64,000 bases of DNA from Candidatus Woesebacteria bacterium (GCA_013374855.1 CP055308.1:532071-596070), one strand, 5' to 3'; counted from the stretch's first letter, positions 30,437 to 40,085 are shown. Notes: generated from the sequence alone by a model not told the origin. Numbers and translations are program-made.

Positions 30437-31183
30437 ATGGATATTAAAGGAAAAAATGTTTTGATTCTTGGGGCAACAGGTGGTATTGGTAGGCATCTTG
30501 CTTTTGCCTTTGCCTCAAGGGGGGCAAACCTTTTGCTTTCAGGTAGGAGGAAGATGATACTTAGTGCTTTAGAAAGAGAATTAAAAAATTTATCTGTTTT
30601 GGTAAAGACATATTCGCTTGATGTTACAAGAGAAGCTGATTTTGTTTTTTTAACAAGGAAAATTAAAAAAGATTTTAAAAACATTGATGTCTTGATAAAT
30701 GCTTTTGGGGTGGGGGTTTATAAAAGTCTTGAGGAAACAAGTTTTGGTGATTTTAAGAAGTCATTAGATGTAAATTTGAGTGGGGTTTTTCTTTCGATAA
30801 AGTATTTCTTGCCATTTCTTAAAAAATCTCCAAAAGCTTATGTGATAAGTTTGGGTTCGGGCATGGGCAAAGTGGGGGTGGCTAAAAGGTTGGCATATTG
30901 TGCTAGCAAATTTGGTCTTCGAGGTTTGATGCTTTCTCTTGCTAAAGAGTATAAGGGCAAAAATATTAAGTTTTGTCTTTTTACTTTAGGTAGTGTGCTT
31001 ACTTCTTTCGGACCCCTTACTTTGGAAGAGAAAATTGAAAAACAAAAAGAAGGTAAAAATTATTTAGATCCTGTGCAATTGGCAAAGACAATTGTATCAA
31101 AAATAGAAAATGATACTTTGATTGAAGAAACTACTATTTATCCCAAGGATTATTATAAAGAAAGCAAGAAAGGAATAGTTTGA
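30437..31183 (+). CDS. Short-chain dehydrogenase/reductase (SDR)
   Basis: GATGGIG Rossmann motif, LINAFG and YCASK catalytic motif. Confidence 0.9.
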   Translation: MDIKGKNVLILGATGGIGRHLAFAFASRGANLLLSGRRKMILSALERELKNLSVLVKTYSLDVTREADFVFLTRKIKKDFKNIDVLINAFGVGVYKSLEETSFGDFKKSLDVNLSGVFLSIKYFLPFLKKSPKAYVISLGSGMGKVGVAKRLAYCASKFGLRGLMLSLAKEYKGKNIKFCLFTLGSVLTSFGPLTLEEKIEKQKEGKNYLDPVQLAKTIVSKIENDTLIEETTIYPKDYYKESKKGIV

Positions 31184-32226
31184 TGAAAAAAATTGCCATA
31201 GATGCAGGCCCGCTGAAAACAGGCGATTCAGTTCGAGGAATTGGAGTTTATACAAGAGAGCTGATATATTATTTGCAAGAGATAATAAAAAAAGATAAAA
31301 ATTCTGTTGAAGTATCTCTTCTTGATTATTCTTTAGGTAATTTTGGAAAGATAGATTTTAAGAGGTATGATGTTGTTCATTTTACTCGTTTTAATCCATT
31401 TTTATTAAATGTACCTTTGGGATTGTTGGGAAATAAAAAAACTAAATTTGTTTTGACTATTTATGATGTTATCCCCTTAATTTATCCTGATCATTACCCG
31501 CCCGGCATAAGGGGTAGGATAAATTGGGAAATTAATAGATATTTGATTAAGAGAAAGATTGATTCCGTAATTACTATTTCTGAAACTTCAAAAAGTGATA
31601 TTTGTGATTTTATTGGGATACCTCCTGATAAGGTAAGTGCAATTTATTTAGCTCCCAGAAAGATTTTTAAAAAACTCGCGTTGGGTAGTTGGCAATCAGA
31701 AATTAGGGAAAAATTTAGTTTGCCCTCTCATTTTGTTCTTTATGTTGGTGATATTAATTACAATAAGAATATTCCTAATTTGGTTAAGGCTTGTAAAAAA
31801 GCTGGTTTGCATTTGGTTATAGCAGGAAAGCAAGCAAAGGAAATAGAAAATATGGATTTGAATCATCCAGAACTTGTTCATTTAAAAGAAGTTGATTGGT
31901 CGAGAGTTCTGCGACTTGGTTTTGTTCAAGATGAGGATCTGGTTAAAATTTACAATCTAGCAGATGTTTATGTACAACCATCTTTTTACGAGGGTTTTGG
32001 TCTGCCAGTTTTGGAAGCTCTAGCTTGTGGTACTCCAATAGCTTGCTCAAATACAAAGGCTTTAGTTGAGATTTTGGGAAATGGTGTATCTTATTTTGAC
32101 CCTTATGATGTAGATGATATGGTAAAGAAGATTTTATCTCCTTCAAAAAAGGTTGATTTACCAAGAAAATATTCTTGGCAGAAAACAGCGGAAGAAACAC
32201 TAAGAGTTTATCAAAGCCTGCTTTAG
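31180..32226 (+). CDS. GT4 glycosyltransferase (MtfB-like)
   Basis: RGIGVY, TIYD and YEGFGLPVLEA motifs. Confidence 0.9.
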   Translation: MMKKIAIDAGPLKTGDSVRGIGVYTRELIYYLQEIIKKDKNSVEVSLLDYSLGNFGKIDFKRYDVVHFTRFNPFLLNVPLGLLGNKKTKFVLTIYDVIPLIYPDHYPPGIRGRINWEINRYLIKRKIDSVITISETSKSDICDFIGIPPDKVSAIYLAPRKIFKKLALGSWQSEIREKFSLPSHFVLYVGDINYNKNIPNLVKACKKAGLHLVIAGKQAKEIENMDLNHPELVHLKEVDWSRVLRLGFVQDEDLVKIYNLADVYVQPSFYEGFGLPVLEALACGTPIACSNTKALVEILGNGVSYFDPYDVDDMVKKILSPSKKVDLPRKYSWQKTAEETLRVYQSLL

Positions 32227-32232
32227 TTTATT

Positions 32233-33418
32233 ATGAGGCTAAAGGATTTGACTTTCTTTAAAATCTTTTCTTGGTTTTTGTTATGGCGTATTTTTTTTAT
32301 TGCGTTTTTATCTGTTTTTTTCATACCCAAGTATGGCGCTACTTTTCCTTATGTAGAAAGAGTTTTGGAGATTACAAAATTGCCTAATTGGGTTTGGGGT
32401 TTTGGTGGTTTTGACGGAGTTCATTATTTGAGGATCGCTCAAGACGGTTATAAAGCAGCAGTTTATATACCTGCTTTTTTTCCTGTTTTCCCTCTAGTTA
32501 TTAGGTATTTTGCCTATCTTTTACCAAAAGATTATTCTCTAATTGATATTTATGTTGATCCTGCTTTTTTTTACGCAGGGATTTTTCTTTCTAATATTTT
32601 TTTCCTTATGGCTTTATTTCTTTTGTATAAACTTTTTATAATTGATTTTGATAAAAAAAACTCAAAACTTGCTCTTTTATTTTTGCTCTTATTTCCAACA
32701 TCTTTTTATTTTGGGTCTATTTATACAGAATCTTTGTTTTTGCTTTTAACTGTTATAACTTTCTATTTTGCAAGGAGAAGAAATTTTATTCTTGCGGGTG
32801 TTTTTGCTTCAATTGCCTCGGCTACTCGCTTTGCTGGCATATTTTTGTTTCCTGCCATTTTATTTGAATTATATTTGGCTATTAGGAATAAGGAAATTAA
32901 TCCTAGAAGTGTAAATTTTCTTTTTTCTCTTATTGGGGTACTAGTTTCTCCACTCGGATTGATTTTGTATATGTTTTACCTTTGGAGAGAGTTTTCTGAT
33001 CCTTTATATTTTATTTCAGCTCAACCTTATTTTGGAGCCCAAAGGTCTTCTAATATTATACTTTTACCTCAGGTTATCTATCGTTATATAAAGATATTTT
33101 TTGACATACCATTATTTTCATTACAGTTTTTTAATTCTTTTCTGGAGTTTGTTTTTTCTCTTGGTGCGATAACTTTAATTTTTCTGTATTTTAAAAAGAT
33201 TCGTTTTAGTTATTTTATATTTACTTTGTTTTCAATTATTACTCCCACTTTAACCGGTTCTTTTTCGTCTATGCCCAGATATGTTTTGCAAAGTTTTTTA
33301 ATTTTCCCTGTTTTAGTTCGCGCAATGGGGCGGTATAGAAGATTTTTTTTTTATAATTTCTGCTATTCTGGGAACAGTGCTTTTGACTCTTTTTATAAGG
33401 GGTTATTGGGTGGCGTAG
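32233..33418 (+). CDS. PIG-V/GT76-like mannosyltransferase with a frameshift near the C-terminus (T10 tract)
   Basis: FDGVHYLRIA, AFFP, YTESLF and MPRY motifs; the family-type end IRGYWVA* lies in the +1 frame after T10 at 33343-33352. Confidence 0.75.
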
Positions 33419-33518
33419 AATTAAGAGAGCAGGAGAGTTGTAAGTTGGTTGTTGTTTGTTGTCTGTTCGCGCCAGCGGTAGTTGCTTTTACTTTTGTTTT
33501 GGTTATAAAATTACTCTT

Positions 33519-34529
33519 GTGAAGAAAAAAAAGAAAGCGCTGATCACAGGAATTACAGGACAGGACGGTTCTTACTTGGCCGAATTTCTTCTTAAGAAGG
33601 GTTATGAGGTTTCCGGAATTGTCAGGAAAACTAGCCACTTTTATTATGCCAATATTGCCCATATTCAGCACGAACTTCATTTGATTCAGGCGGATTTGTT
33701 AGACCCAGTCTCCATAAGGGAGGTGATGCAAAAAGTTCAGCCTGATGAAATCTATAATCTTGCTTCCCAATCACATCCTGCAGAGTCTTTTCGCCAACCA
33801 ATTCACACAGCAGAAATAACAGGGATAGGTGCCCATCGTGTAATGGATGCCGCACTTGATGTTGTTCCTAATGCTAGGTTTTATCAGGCTTCCTCAAGTG
33901 AAATGTTTGGTTGGGTTAAAGAAATTCCTCAAAACGAAGAAACCGCTTTCAATCCTGCCAATCCGTATGCAGCAGCAAAGCTCTACGCACACAACATTGC
34001 AAAAATTTACAGAAGAAGCTATAAAATGTTTATTTCCTGCGGGATTCTTTTTAATCATGAGTCTCCTCGCAGAGGTTTGGGTTTTGTAACTCAAAAAGTA
34101 ACTTATGCCGCAGCTTGCGCTAAGCTTGGTATTAAAACAAGCCAACACTTGAATGAAGAAGGAGAGCCAATGGTAAGAAATGGTAAAGTAGCGCTTGGTA
34201 ATTTGGAGGCAAAAAGGGATTGGGGATTTGCTGGCGATTATGTTGAGAGTATGTGGCTTATGTTGCAACACAAAGAACCTGACGATTTTGTAGTCGGAAC
34301 AGGAGAAACTCATACAATAGCAGAGCTTTGCGAAGAAGCTTTTTCTTATGTTGGTCTTGATTGGAAGAAATATGTAGTAGTTGATCAGCGTTTTGTTAGA
34401 CCAACAGAAACAGGTCCTTTGGTTGCTGATTATTCAAAAGCAAAGAAAGTTCTGGGTTGGAAGCCAAAAACATCATTTAGTCGGCTTGTTAGGATGCTGG
34501 TTGATGCTCACATTGCAAGACTAAAGTAG
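33519..34529 (+). CDS. gmd: GDP-mannose 4,6-dehydratase
   Basis: ALITGITGQDGSYL, YQASSSE, YAAAK, FNHESPRRG and RDWG motifs. Confidence 0.95.
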   Translation: MKKKKKALITGITGQDGSYLAEFLLKKGYEVSGIVRKTSHFYYANIAHIQHELHLIQADLLDPVSIREVMQKVQPDEIYNLASQSHPAESFRQPIHTAEITGIGAHRVMDAALDVVPNARFYQASSSEMFGWVKEIPQNEETAFNPANPYAAAKLYAHNIAKIYRRSYKMFISCGILFNHESPRRGLGFVTQKVTYAAACAKLGIKTSQHLNEEGEPMVRNGKVALGNLEAKRDWGFAGDYVESMWLMLQHKEPDDFVVGTGETHTIAELCEEAFSYVGLDWKKYVVVDQRFVRPTETGPLVADYSKAKKVLGWKPKTSFSRLVRMLVDAHIARLK

Positions 34530-34533
34530 CTTA

Positions 34534-35670
34534 ATGCTCGGAAAGAAAGATTTTTTATTTTTGTTTTTCTTTACTTTTGTTTTTATTGCTTTTTCTTGGT
34601 TTTTAAACCCTTCATTTTTTCAGAGTCGCTTTGATGAAAGATTGATTTCTGATTATCTGCGCAGTCAGGATATTGAGGACAGGGAAGATAAGATAAAAGA
34701 CAGACTTTTTATTTCAGACGATAAAATTTATTTTGCAAGTGGTGTTCTTTATGCAAGAGGGGAGCCGCCAACAAAATTTAATTTTCAGCATCCGCCACTT
34801 TTGAAATATCTTTTTGGCTGGTCAACTATCCTTTTTGGTTCACCTTTTCCTATTCAGATTTTTTTCTCTTTAGCTTTTATTTTTCTTGTTTATTTTTTGG
34901 CATTTCTTGTTTTTAAAAACAGGTTGGTTGCATTTTTGGCTGTTTGTTTTTTGTTTTTAGACCCCGTTTTTTGGGAAACATCGCATTTAACACTTCTTGA
35001 TGTGGGGCAGGTGGTTTTTGCTTTGGCATTTTTAATTTTGTTTTTCTTTTATCCCAAAAGGATATTTTTGCAAGGAGTTTTTCTTGGTTTTCTTTTTGCA
35101 TCTAAATTTTGGAGCGTCAGTTTTCTATATTTTGCGTTTCTTGTGTTTTACATAATTTGGTTTTTTAAGGATAAAAGTTTTGTCAAAAGTTTGCCGATTT
35201 TGATTTTTGTTTCATTTCTAGTTTTTTCTTCTTTTTATATTAATTATTTTTTAAGCGGAAATAGTCTTTTTGATTTCTTGTTTTTGCAAGCAAGAACGGT
35301 TAAGTTTATGTTGACGCATAACAATACTAATAATTTTGGTAATTTATTTTTGCTTTTTATAAGCGGTCATTATCTTTCTTGGTGGGATGGGGGAATTTGG
35401 GTTAAATCTCAATTTTGGAACCCAATTTGGCCTATTTCTTTTTTGGCAAGTATTTTTCTTGCCTTTAAACTTTCAAAAAATAAGAAAGCTTGGTTTATTT
35501 TTATTTTTCCTGCTTTTTATTTTTTGGTGAATTTAACAAACACTGCCTTTACCCGTTATATTCTTTTTGTCCTTCCATTCCTTTATATTTCCCTTGCGTA
35601 TGGAATTAGCTTGTTAGTTAATTCAAAAGTCGGTAAAAGAGCGGGAGAGTTGAAGAGTAGAAGTTGTTAG
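34534..35670 (+). CDS. GT-C glycosyltransferase (PMT_2-like)
   Basis: SDDKIY, NFQHPPL, LLD and TRY motifs. Confidence 0.7.
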   Translation: MLGKKDFLFLFFFTFVFIAFSWFLNPSFFQSRFDERLISDYLRSQDIEDREDKIKDRLFISDDKIYFASGVLYARGEPPTKFNFQHPPLLKYLFGWSTILFGSPFPIQIFFSLAFIFLVYFLAFLVFKNRLVAFLAVCFLFLDPVFWETSHLTLLDVGQVVFALAFLILFFFYPKRIFLQGVFLGFLFASKFWSVSFLYFAFLVFYIIWFFKDKSFVKSLPILIFVSFLVFSSFYINYFLSGNSLFDFLFLQARTVKFMLTHNNTNNFGNLFLLFISGHYLSWWDGGIWVKSQFWNPIWPISFLASIFLAFKLSKNKKAWFIFIFPAFYFLVNLTNTAFTRYILFVLPFLYISLAYGISLLVNSKVGKRAGELKSRSC

Positions 35671-35729
35671 TTATTTTTATAGAGATAGATCTAGTTGACC
35701 GGTTGTTATTGTCGTGTTTTAATAAATCT

Positions 35730-36098
35730 ATGCCCCAAAGTGCCAAGCAAGATTATATAACTAAAGAATTTTTCAAAAAAACTATAGAGGAGATGACCGA
35801 TACAATAATTCGTGGGATGGATGGTATTCACTCGGATTTGGTTGCCAGGATTGATAACTTAGAAAAAAGAGTTTCCAGACTAGAGGATAAACTTTATCAG
35901 GTAGAGATTAGATTATCTAATTTAGAAAATGAGTTATCCGAACTTAAAATTAAAGTGGCTAGTTTAGATGTCAGGCTGGCTGATATAGAGAAGAGGATTA
36001 AAGCTTTGGATAGAAAGTTGGATTTGCAGAGGAAACGGTTAAAAGAACAGGTAACTCGCATTGATAGATTAGAGGCACTTCAATCTCATCCGGCTTAA
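35730..36098 (+). CDS. Small coiled-coil (heptad-repeat) hypothetical protein
   Basis: RIDNLEK-RVSRLED-type heptads; preceded by TTGACC-N17-TTTAAT-N6-ATG. Confidence 0.7.
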   Translation: MPQSAKQDYITKEFFKKTIEEMTDTIIRGMDGIHSDLVARIDNLEKRVSRLEDKLYQVEIRLSNLENELSELKIKVASLDVRLADIEKRIKALDRKLDLQRKRLKEQVTRIDRLEALQSHPA

Positions 36099-36208
36099 AA
36101 CCCAACGCTTTAGAGAAGAATCACTGGAGGTTAGAGCAAGAGAGTTGAAGAGTAGAAGGGGGAAGAAAGTATTGTGTATTTTGTGTTATGTATATAGATT
36201 CAGTAATA

Positions 36209-36295
36209 AAATTCCAAATTCCAAATCACAAATCACAATTCATTATCCACTATTCACAAATTCCGTCTTGTTAATTGTTAATAGTTAATTGTTAT
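36209..36295. repeat. Degenerate heptamer tandem arrays
   Basis: 8 units like aaattcc/aaatcac at 36209-36264, then 4 units like ttgttaa at 36268-36295. Confidence 0.75.
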
Positions 36296-36335
36296 CTAAA
36301 TTTATTTTTAGCATCTATGTCCTGAAACGAGTTAG

Positions 36336-36360
36336 ACTGACAAGGATGGACATTGTCAGT
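36336..36360 (-). terminator. Possible terminator hairpin after the XRE gene
   Basis: actgacaa...ttgtcagt 8-bp inverted repeat at the stop codon. Confidence 0.35.
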
Positions 36361-36647
36361 TATTTGAAGCTAACGACTAATTTTGATCCGAGAGCTTTTG
36401 CAATTTTGTTGATCTGATTAATAGAGGGATTTGCGTTCATTGTTTCAATATTTGAGATGATGGCTTGAGAAGTTTTTGCTTTTTTTGCTAGTTCTCTTTG
36501 TGACATTTTTTTCGCTAATCTTTTTTGGATGATAGCTTTAGCCAATAGGTATTTTGGTTCTTCTTTTTCCCAAGCCTTTCTAAAACCTTCGTCTTTGATG
36601 GCTTCGTTGAAATATTGATCAAATGTGTAAATTTTATTTCTTGCCAT
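36360..36647 (-). CDS. XRE-family HTH protein (HigA-like antitoxin)
   Basis: MSQRELAKKAKTSQAIISNIE..NPS HTH; N-terminal F.KAWE segment typical of antitoxins. Confidence 0.85.
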   Translation of the reverse strand: MARNKIYTFDQYFNEAIKDEGFRKAWEKEEPKYLLAKAIIQKRLAKKMSQRELAKKAKTSQAIISNIETMNANPSINQINKIAKALGSKLVVSFK

Positions 36648-36713
36648 ACTGGTTTTTCAAATCTCTAAATTGATACTTTATATAGTATAATAATAAACGG
36701 TTTGACTTTTTTG

Positions 36714-36786
36714 TCAAGCCGTATCTTTTTCCCACATCTTGAGGCGACTTAAGGCAATTTTTATTTCTTTGTGGGGTTTTGTTTTT
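36714..36786 (-). pseudogene. C-terminal remnant of a RelE/HigB (Gp49-like) toxin
   Basis: Reads KTKPHKEIKIALSRLKMWEKDTA* just upstream of the antitoxin; ends at a REP copy. Confidence 0.5.
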
Positions 36787-36813
36787 ACCTTTAAGGGAGC
36801 CTCCTTTAAAGGT
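36787..36813. repeat. REP-like element, copy 4
   Basis: acctttaagggagcctcctttaaaggt, identical to copy 1. Confidence 0.9.
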
Positions 36814-36848
36814 AGTGGTTTTGCGACTGATTAGTTTATAATAGCTTT

Positions 36849-37619
36849 ATGAAATCTTTTCCTAAGATCTCGATAGTTATTCCGTCTTTTAACAAGGTTG
36901 AGTTTGTGGAGGAAACTCTAAGGTCTATTGTTGTTCAAAGATACCCCAACCTTGAGGTTATAATCCAAGATGGTGGTTCTACTGACGGAACTTTGGAGAT
37001 ATTAAAAAGGTATGCTAAAAAATACCCTAAAATTTTTAAGCTGGAAAGTAAAAAAGATAAAGGCCAATTGGATGCGATAAACAAAGGTCTTTCAAAGGCA
37101 AGTGGGGAAATAGTTTCTTTTATAAATGCAGATGATGTTTATGAAAAAGGTGCATTGAAAAAAGTAGCAGAAGCGTATCTTAAAAATCCTGATAGGCTTT
37201 GGTTTGCTGGAAAAGGAAGGGTAATAGATAAAAAAGGAAAAGAAATTGCCAAAATTGCCACTTGGTATAAGAGCTTTCTTTTATCTTTAAATAAAAAATA
37301 TTTAATTCTTGTTCTTAATTATTTGATGCAACCTTCTGTTTTTTTGACAAAGAAGGCTTACCAAAAGTATGGGCCATTTACCGGCACAAAGACTGCGGTT
37401 ATGGAGTATGACCTTTGGTTAAAACTTTTCCAAGTGCAAAAGCCTGTTGTTATACCTTTTTTTCTTTCTTCCTTTCGCCTTTATCCGGGCTCTATCTCGA
37501 CTTCTAAAATAAAGGAAATGATGAAAGAAGATGAAAAAATTGTTAAAAAATACACAAGAAATCCTTTAATAATTTTATTTCACAGAATTCACAATTTAGC
37601 AAGGTCTATTTGGGCTTGA
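36849..37619 (+). CDS. GT2 glycosyltransferase (WfgS-like)
   Basis: IPSFN, DGGSTD, AINKG, INADD, QPS and EYDLW motifs. Confidence 0.85.
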   Translation: MKSFPKISIVIPSFNKVEFVEETLRSIVVQRYPNLEVIIQDGGSTDGTLEILKRYAKKYPKIFKLESKKDKGQLDAINKGLSKASGEIVSFINADDVYEKGALKKVAEAYLKNPDRLWFAGKGRVIDKKGKEIAKIATWYKSFLLSLNKKYLILVLNYLMQPSVFLTKKAYQKYGPFTGTKTAVMEYDLWLKLFQVQKPVVIPFFLSSFRLYPGSISTSKIKEMMKEDEKIVKKYTRNPLIILFHRIHNLARSIWA

Positions 37620-37660
37620 TATTCAGATTATTTTTATTAAAATTGTGTTCAAACTTTTCT

Positions 37661-38725
37661 ATGAGAAAAAACAAGTTGTTTAAAAATATTTTGGAGGTTA
37701 ATAATTTTATTTTCCCCTTTTTGATTCCACTTACTTATTTTTTTCTTTTTCTTGAAACATATTCTTATATTGGAGCTTTGAGGAAGTATATACTAGTTGA
37801 CTCAAGGTTTTTTTTAGCGCTATCTGTAGTTAGTGCTTTTGGTGTTTTGATCAAAAAAATATTGTTTGATGAGGGGAAAATGGAAGAAAATAATATGACC
37901 TCATTTGCTTTGAGATTCAATTTTATTCTTACTCCAATTTTTTTTGCTTTTTATTTTATTTTAATAGGTCTTGAAAATAGAAATTACCCAAATTATGTTT
38001 TCTCCTCTTATCATTTACAACCTGACAACTTTTTTAATTTAGTTTTGCTTGGATTGGTTTTGTCATTTGTTGGAATTTTTTATTTTTATAATGAAAACGG
38101 CAAAGGAAAGGTAGATAGATTAATTCGATTTTTATTGATAGAGTTTGGTGATTTTTCTTTTGAGAAGACACAAAAGAGTTCTGTCTTTAGGGATTTTTTG
38201 TCTAGATCTTTGTTTTTGGTTTCTTTGTTTTTGCTTGTTGTCTATTTTTTTAACAATCTGTCGAAGAGTCTTTCTTTATCTTTCAAGAACACACTCTACA
38301 TTTTTACACATCTGGACGCGACTTATGATGATAAAATGAGAAAAGTATGGGGGTTTTATTATGATTATATGAAGTTTGTAAAAGAAAACACACCAGAAAA
38401 TGCAACAATAGTTATTCCTCCACAGCAGGCCCCTTGGCTTTCCGAGGGTAATGTAGCATTAAGTAGATATTTTCTTTATCCTAGGAAGTTGCTAAATGGT
38501 TATTATGATTCTTTACCAAAAGAGCATTTTGATTATGTTTTATTGGCTTACGGAACTTGGCGAGCCAATAAAGACGAGGATTATGGTTGGCCTAAAGTTG
38601 AGTTGGAAGCTTCTGAAATAATTTATTTGGATCCAAAGAATAATGAGGTAGGAAAAATTAAAGATGTTGTTTACAGGCCTAATTTTAATGATAAAGTTTT
38701 GTGGGGAGTTATAAAAGTTAAATAA
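37661..38725 (+). CDS. Membrane protein of unknown function
   Basis: About 5 TM helices plus a soluble C-terminus (YFLYPRK). Confidence 0.65.
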   Translation: MRKNKLFKNILEVNNFIFPFLIPLTYFFLFLETYSYIGALRKYILVDSRFFLALSVVSAFGVLIKKILFDEGKMEENNMTSFALRFNFILTPIFFAFYFILIGLENRNYPNYVFSSYHLQPDNFFNLVLLGLVLSFVGIFYFYNENGKGKVDRLIRFLLIEFGDFSFEKTQKSSVFRDFLSRSLFLVSLFLLVVYFFNNLSKSLSLSFKNTLYIFTHLDATYDDKMRKVWGFYYDYMKFVKENTPENATIVIPPQQAPWLSEGNVALSRYFLYPRKLLNGYYDSLPKEHFDYVLLAYGTWRANKDEDYGWPKVELEASEIIYLDPKNNEVGKIKDVVYRPNFNDKVLWGVIKVK

Positions 38726-38735
38726 ATTAGAAAAT

Positions 38736-40085
38736 ATGTTTCTTTTAAAATTATTGCTATTTTTGTTTCTTTTATTTTTTTTAGGTTTTTTGATAACTTT
38801 TCTTTTTAAAATAAAATTTCATCTAATAGAAAGGATTTCTCTTTCCTATCTTCTAGGTATTGGCATTTTGACCTTTTTGATATTTATTATGAATTATTTT
38901 TTGGGTTTGGGTTTTAGTTCAAAAAATACATTTGTTGTTTTGTTATTATTGATTTTTGTTTTACTGGTTTTGGAGCGAAATAATTTTATTCTTTTCTTCA
39001 GAAATATAAGAAGATCGAATATAAGCATTTATTTTTTTAAAGATAAATATTCTTTAGTTTTTGCTTTCTCTATTTTTATTCTTTTGTTTTTTAGTCTGGT
39101 AAGAAATATTTATTGGCCTGTTTCTGATTGGGATGCTCTTGCTTTGTATGATTTTAGAGCTAAAGTCTTTCTATCTGAACCTAGTCTTTTAAAAGCTGGT
39201 TTGAATAACAGTTATTTTGTTCATTATCCACTTCTTACTTCTTTGGCACATCTTTTTGTGTATCAGACTGGCTTGAGTAATCCTAAATTTATTTATAGTC
39301 TTTTTTATTTGTCTTTTATTTTTATTTTTTATTTTTCTCTTCAAAGAAATGTTGGAAGTAATAAAGCAGTTTTTTTCTCATTAATTTTGGCACTAGTGCC
39401 TGAAATTTTTGGACATTCAACGATGGCGTATACAAATTTGCCTTATACTGTTTATTTGTGTTCTGGTGTTTTTTATCTTTATGAGTGGATAAAAAACAAA
39501 CAAAGATCTCTATTGGTTCTTTCTGGTTTGTTGGTTGGTCTTTCAAGCTGGGTTAGAATTTCAGAACCATTTTGGATGGTTCCTGTTTTGATAGTTATCT
39601 TTTTTTCAATCAAAAGAAAAGATTTTTTTAGTACATTTATTTATTTTTTTTCTGTTTATGTTTTCTACAAGGCGTGGTTATCTTTTATGGCAAAAGTAAA
39701 TTTTTTGAATTATGTTGAAGGCGGAGCAAGTTTGTCACTTATTGAAAGGTATTTGCCAATTTTGAAGACGATTAGTTTGGAGAGGATTATTTTGGTTGCT
39801 CAATACCTGTACAAAAATGTTTTTTCTAGTTGGGGATTGTTGTTTCCTATTTTTGTTTTGACTTCTTTATTTTTGTTCTTGAATTTGAGAAGAAGAAAAA
39901 AAGAAATAGAAGTTTTTTATTTTTGGTCTATAATATTTCTGTTTTTTATCTTTCTGTTTTTTGGCACTCTTCTTTTTTCTTACACTTTTCCCAATTGGCA
40001 ACATATTCCTGATTCGGCAAGAAGAATGAGTATGTTTTTTATCCCATTGATAATTTATTATTTTTCATTTGCAAATAATTTATAG
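38736..40085 (+). CDS. GT-C-fold membrane glycosyltransferase
   Basis: DWDALALYDFRAK and YPLL motifs; multiple TM helices. Confidence 0.65.
   Translation: MFLLKLLLFLFLLFFLGFLITFLFKIKFHLIERISLSYLLGIGILTFLIFIMNYFLGLGFSSKNTFVVLLLLIFVLLVLERNNFILFFRNIRRSNISIYFFKDKYSLVFAFSIFILLFFSLVRNIYWPVSDWDALALYDFRAKVFLSEPSLLKAGLNNSYFVHYPLLTSLAHLFVYQTGLSNPKFIYSLFYLSFIFIFYFSLQRNVGSNKAVFFSLILALVPEIFGHSTMAYTNLPYTVYLCSGVFYLYEWIKNKQRSLLVLSGLLVGLSSWVRISEPFWMVPVLIVIFFSIKRKDFFSTFIYFFSVYVFYKAWLSFMAKVNFLNYVEGGASLSLIERYLPILKTISLERIILVAQYLYKNVFSSWGLLFPIFVLTSLFLFLNLRRRKKEIEVFYFWSIIFLFFIFLFFGTLLFSYTFPNWQHIPDSARRMSMFFIPLIIYYFSFANNL

Noticed and set aside
30364-30684. Minus-strand 106-aa ORF ending in REP-derived PCREPPLKV, and the similar ORF 29573-29758
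   Set aside because: Shadow ORFs overlapping real genes; they stay open partly because the REP lacks stops in those frames.
33419-33522. C-terminal tail of the 429-aa ORF and the 5' extension of gmd in the ORF track
   Set aside because: The tail results from the T10 frameshift; gmd homology begins at GTG 33519.
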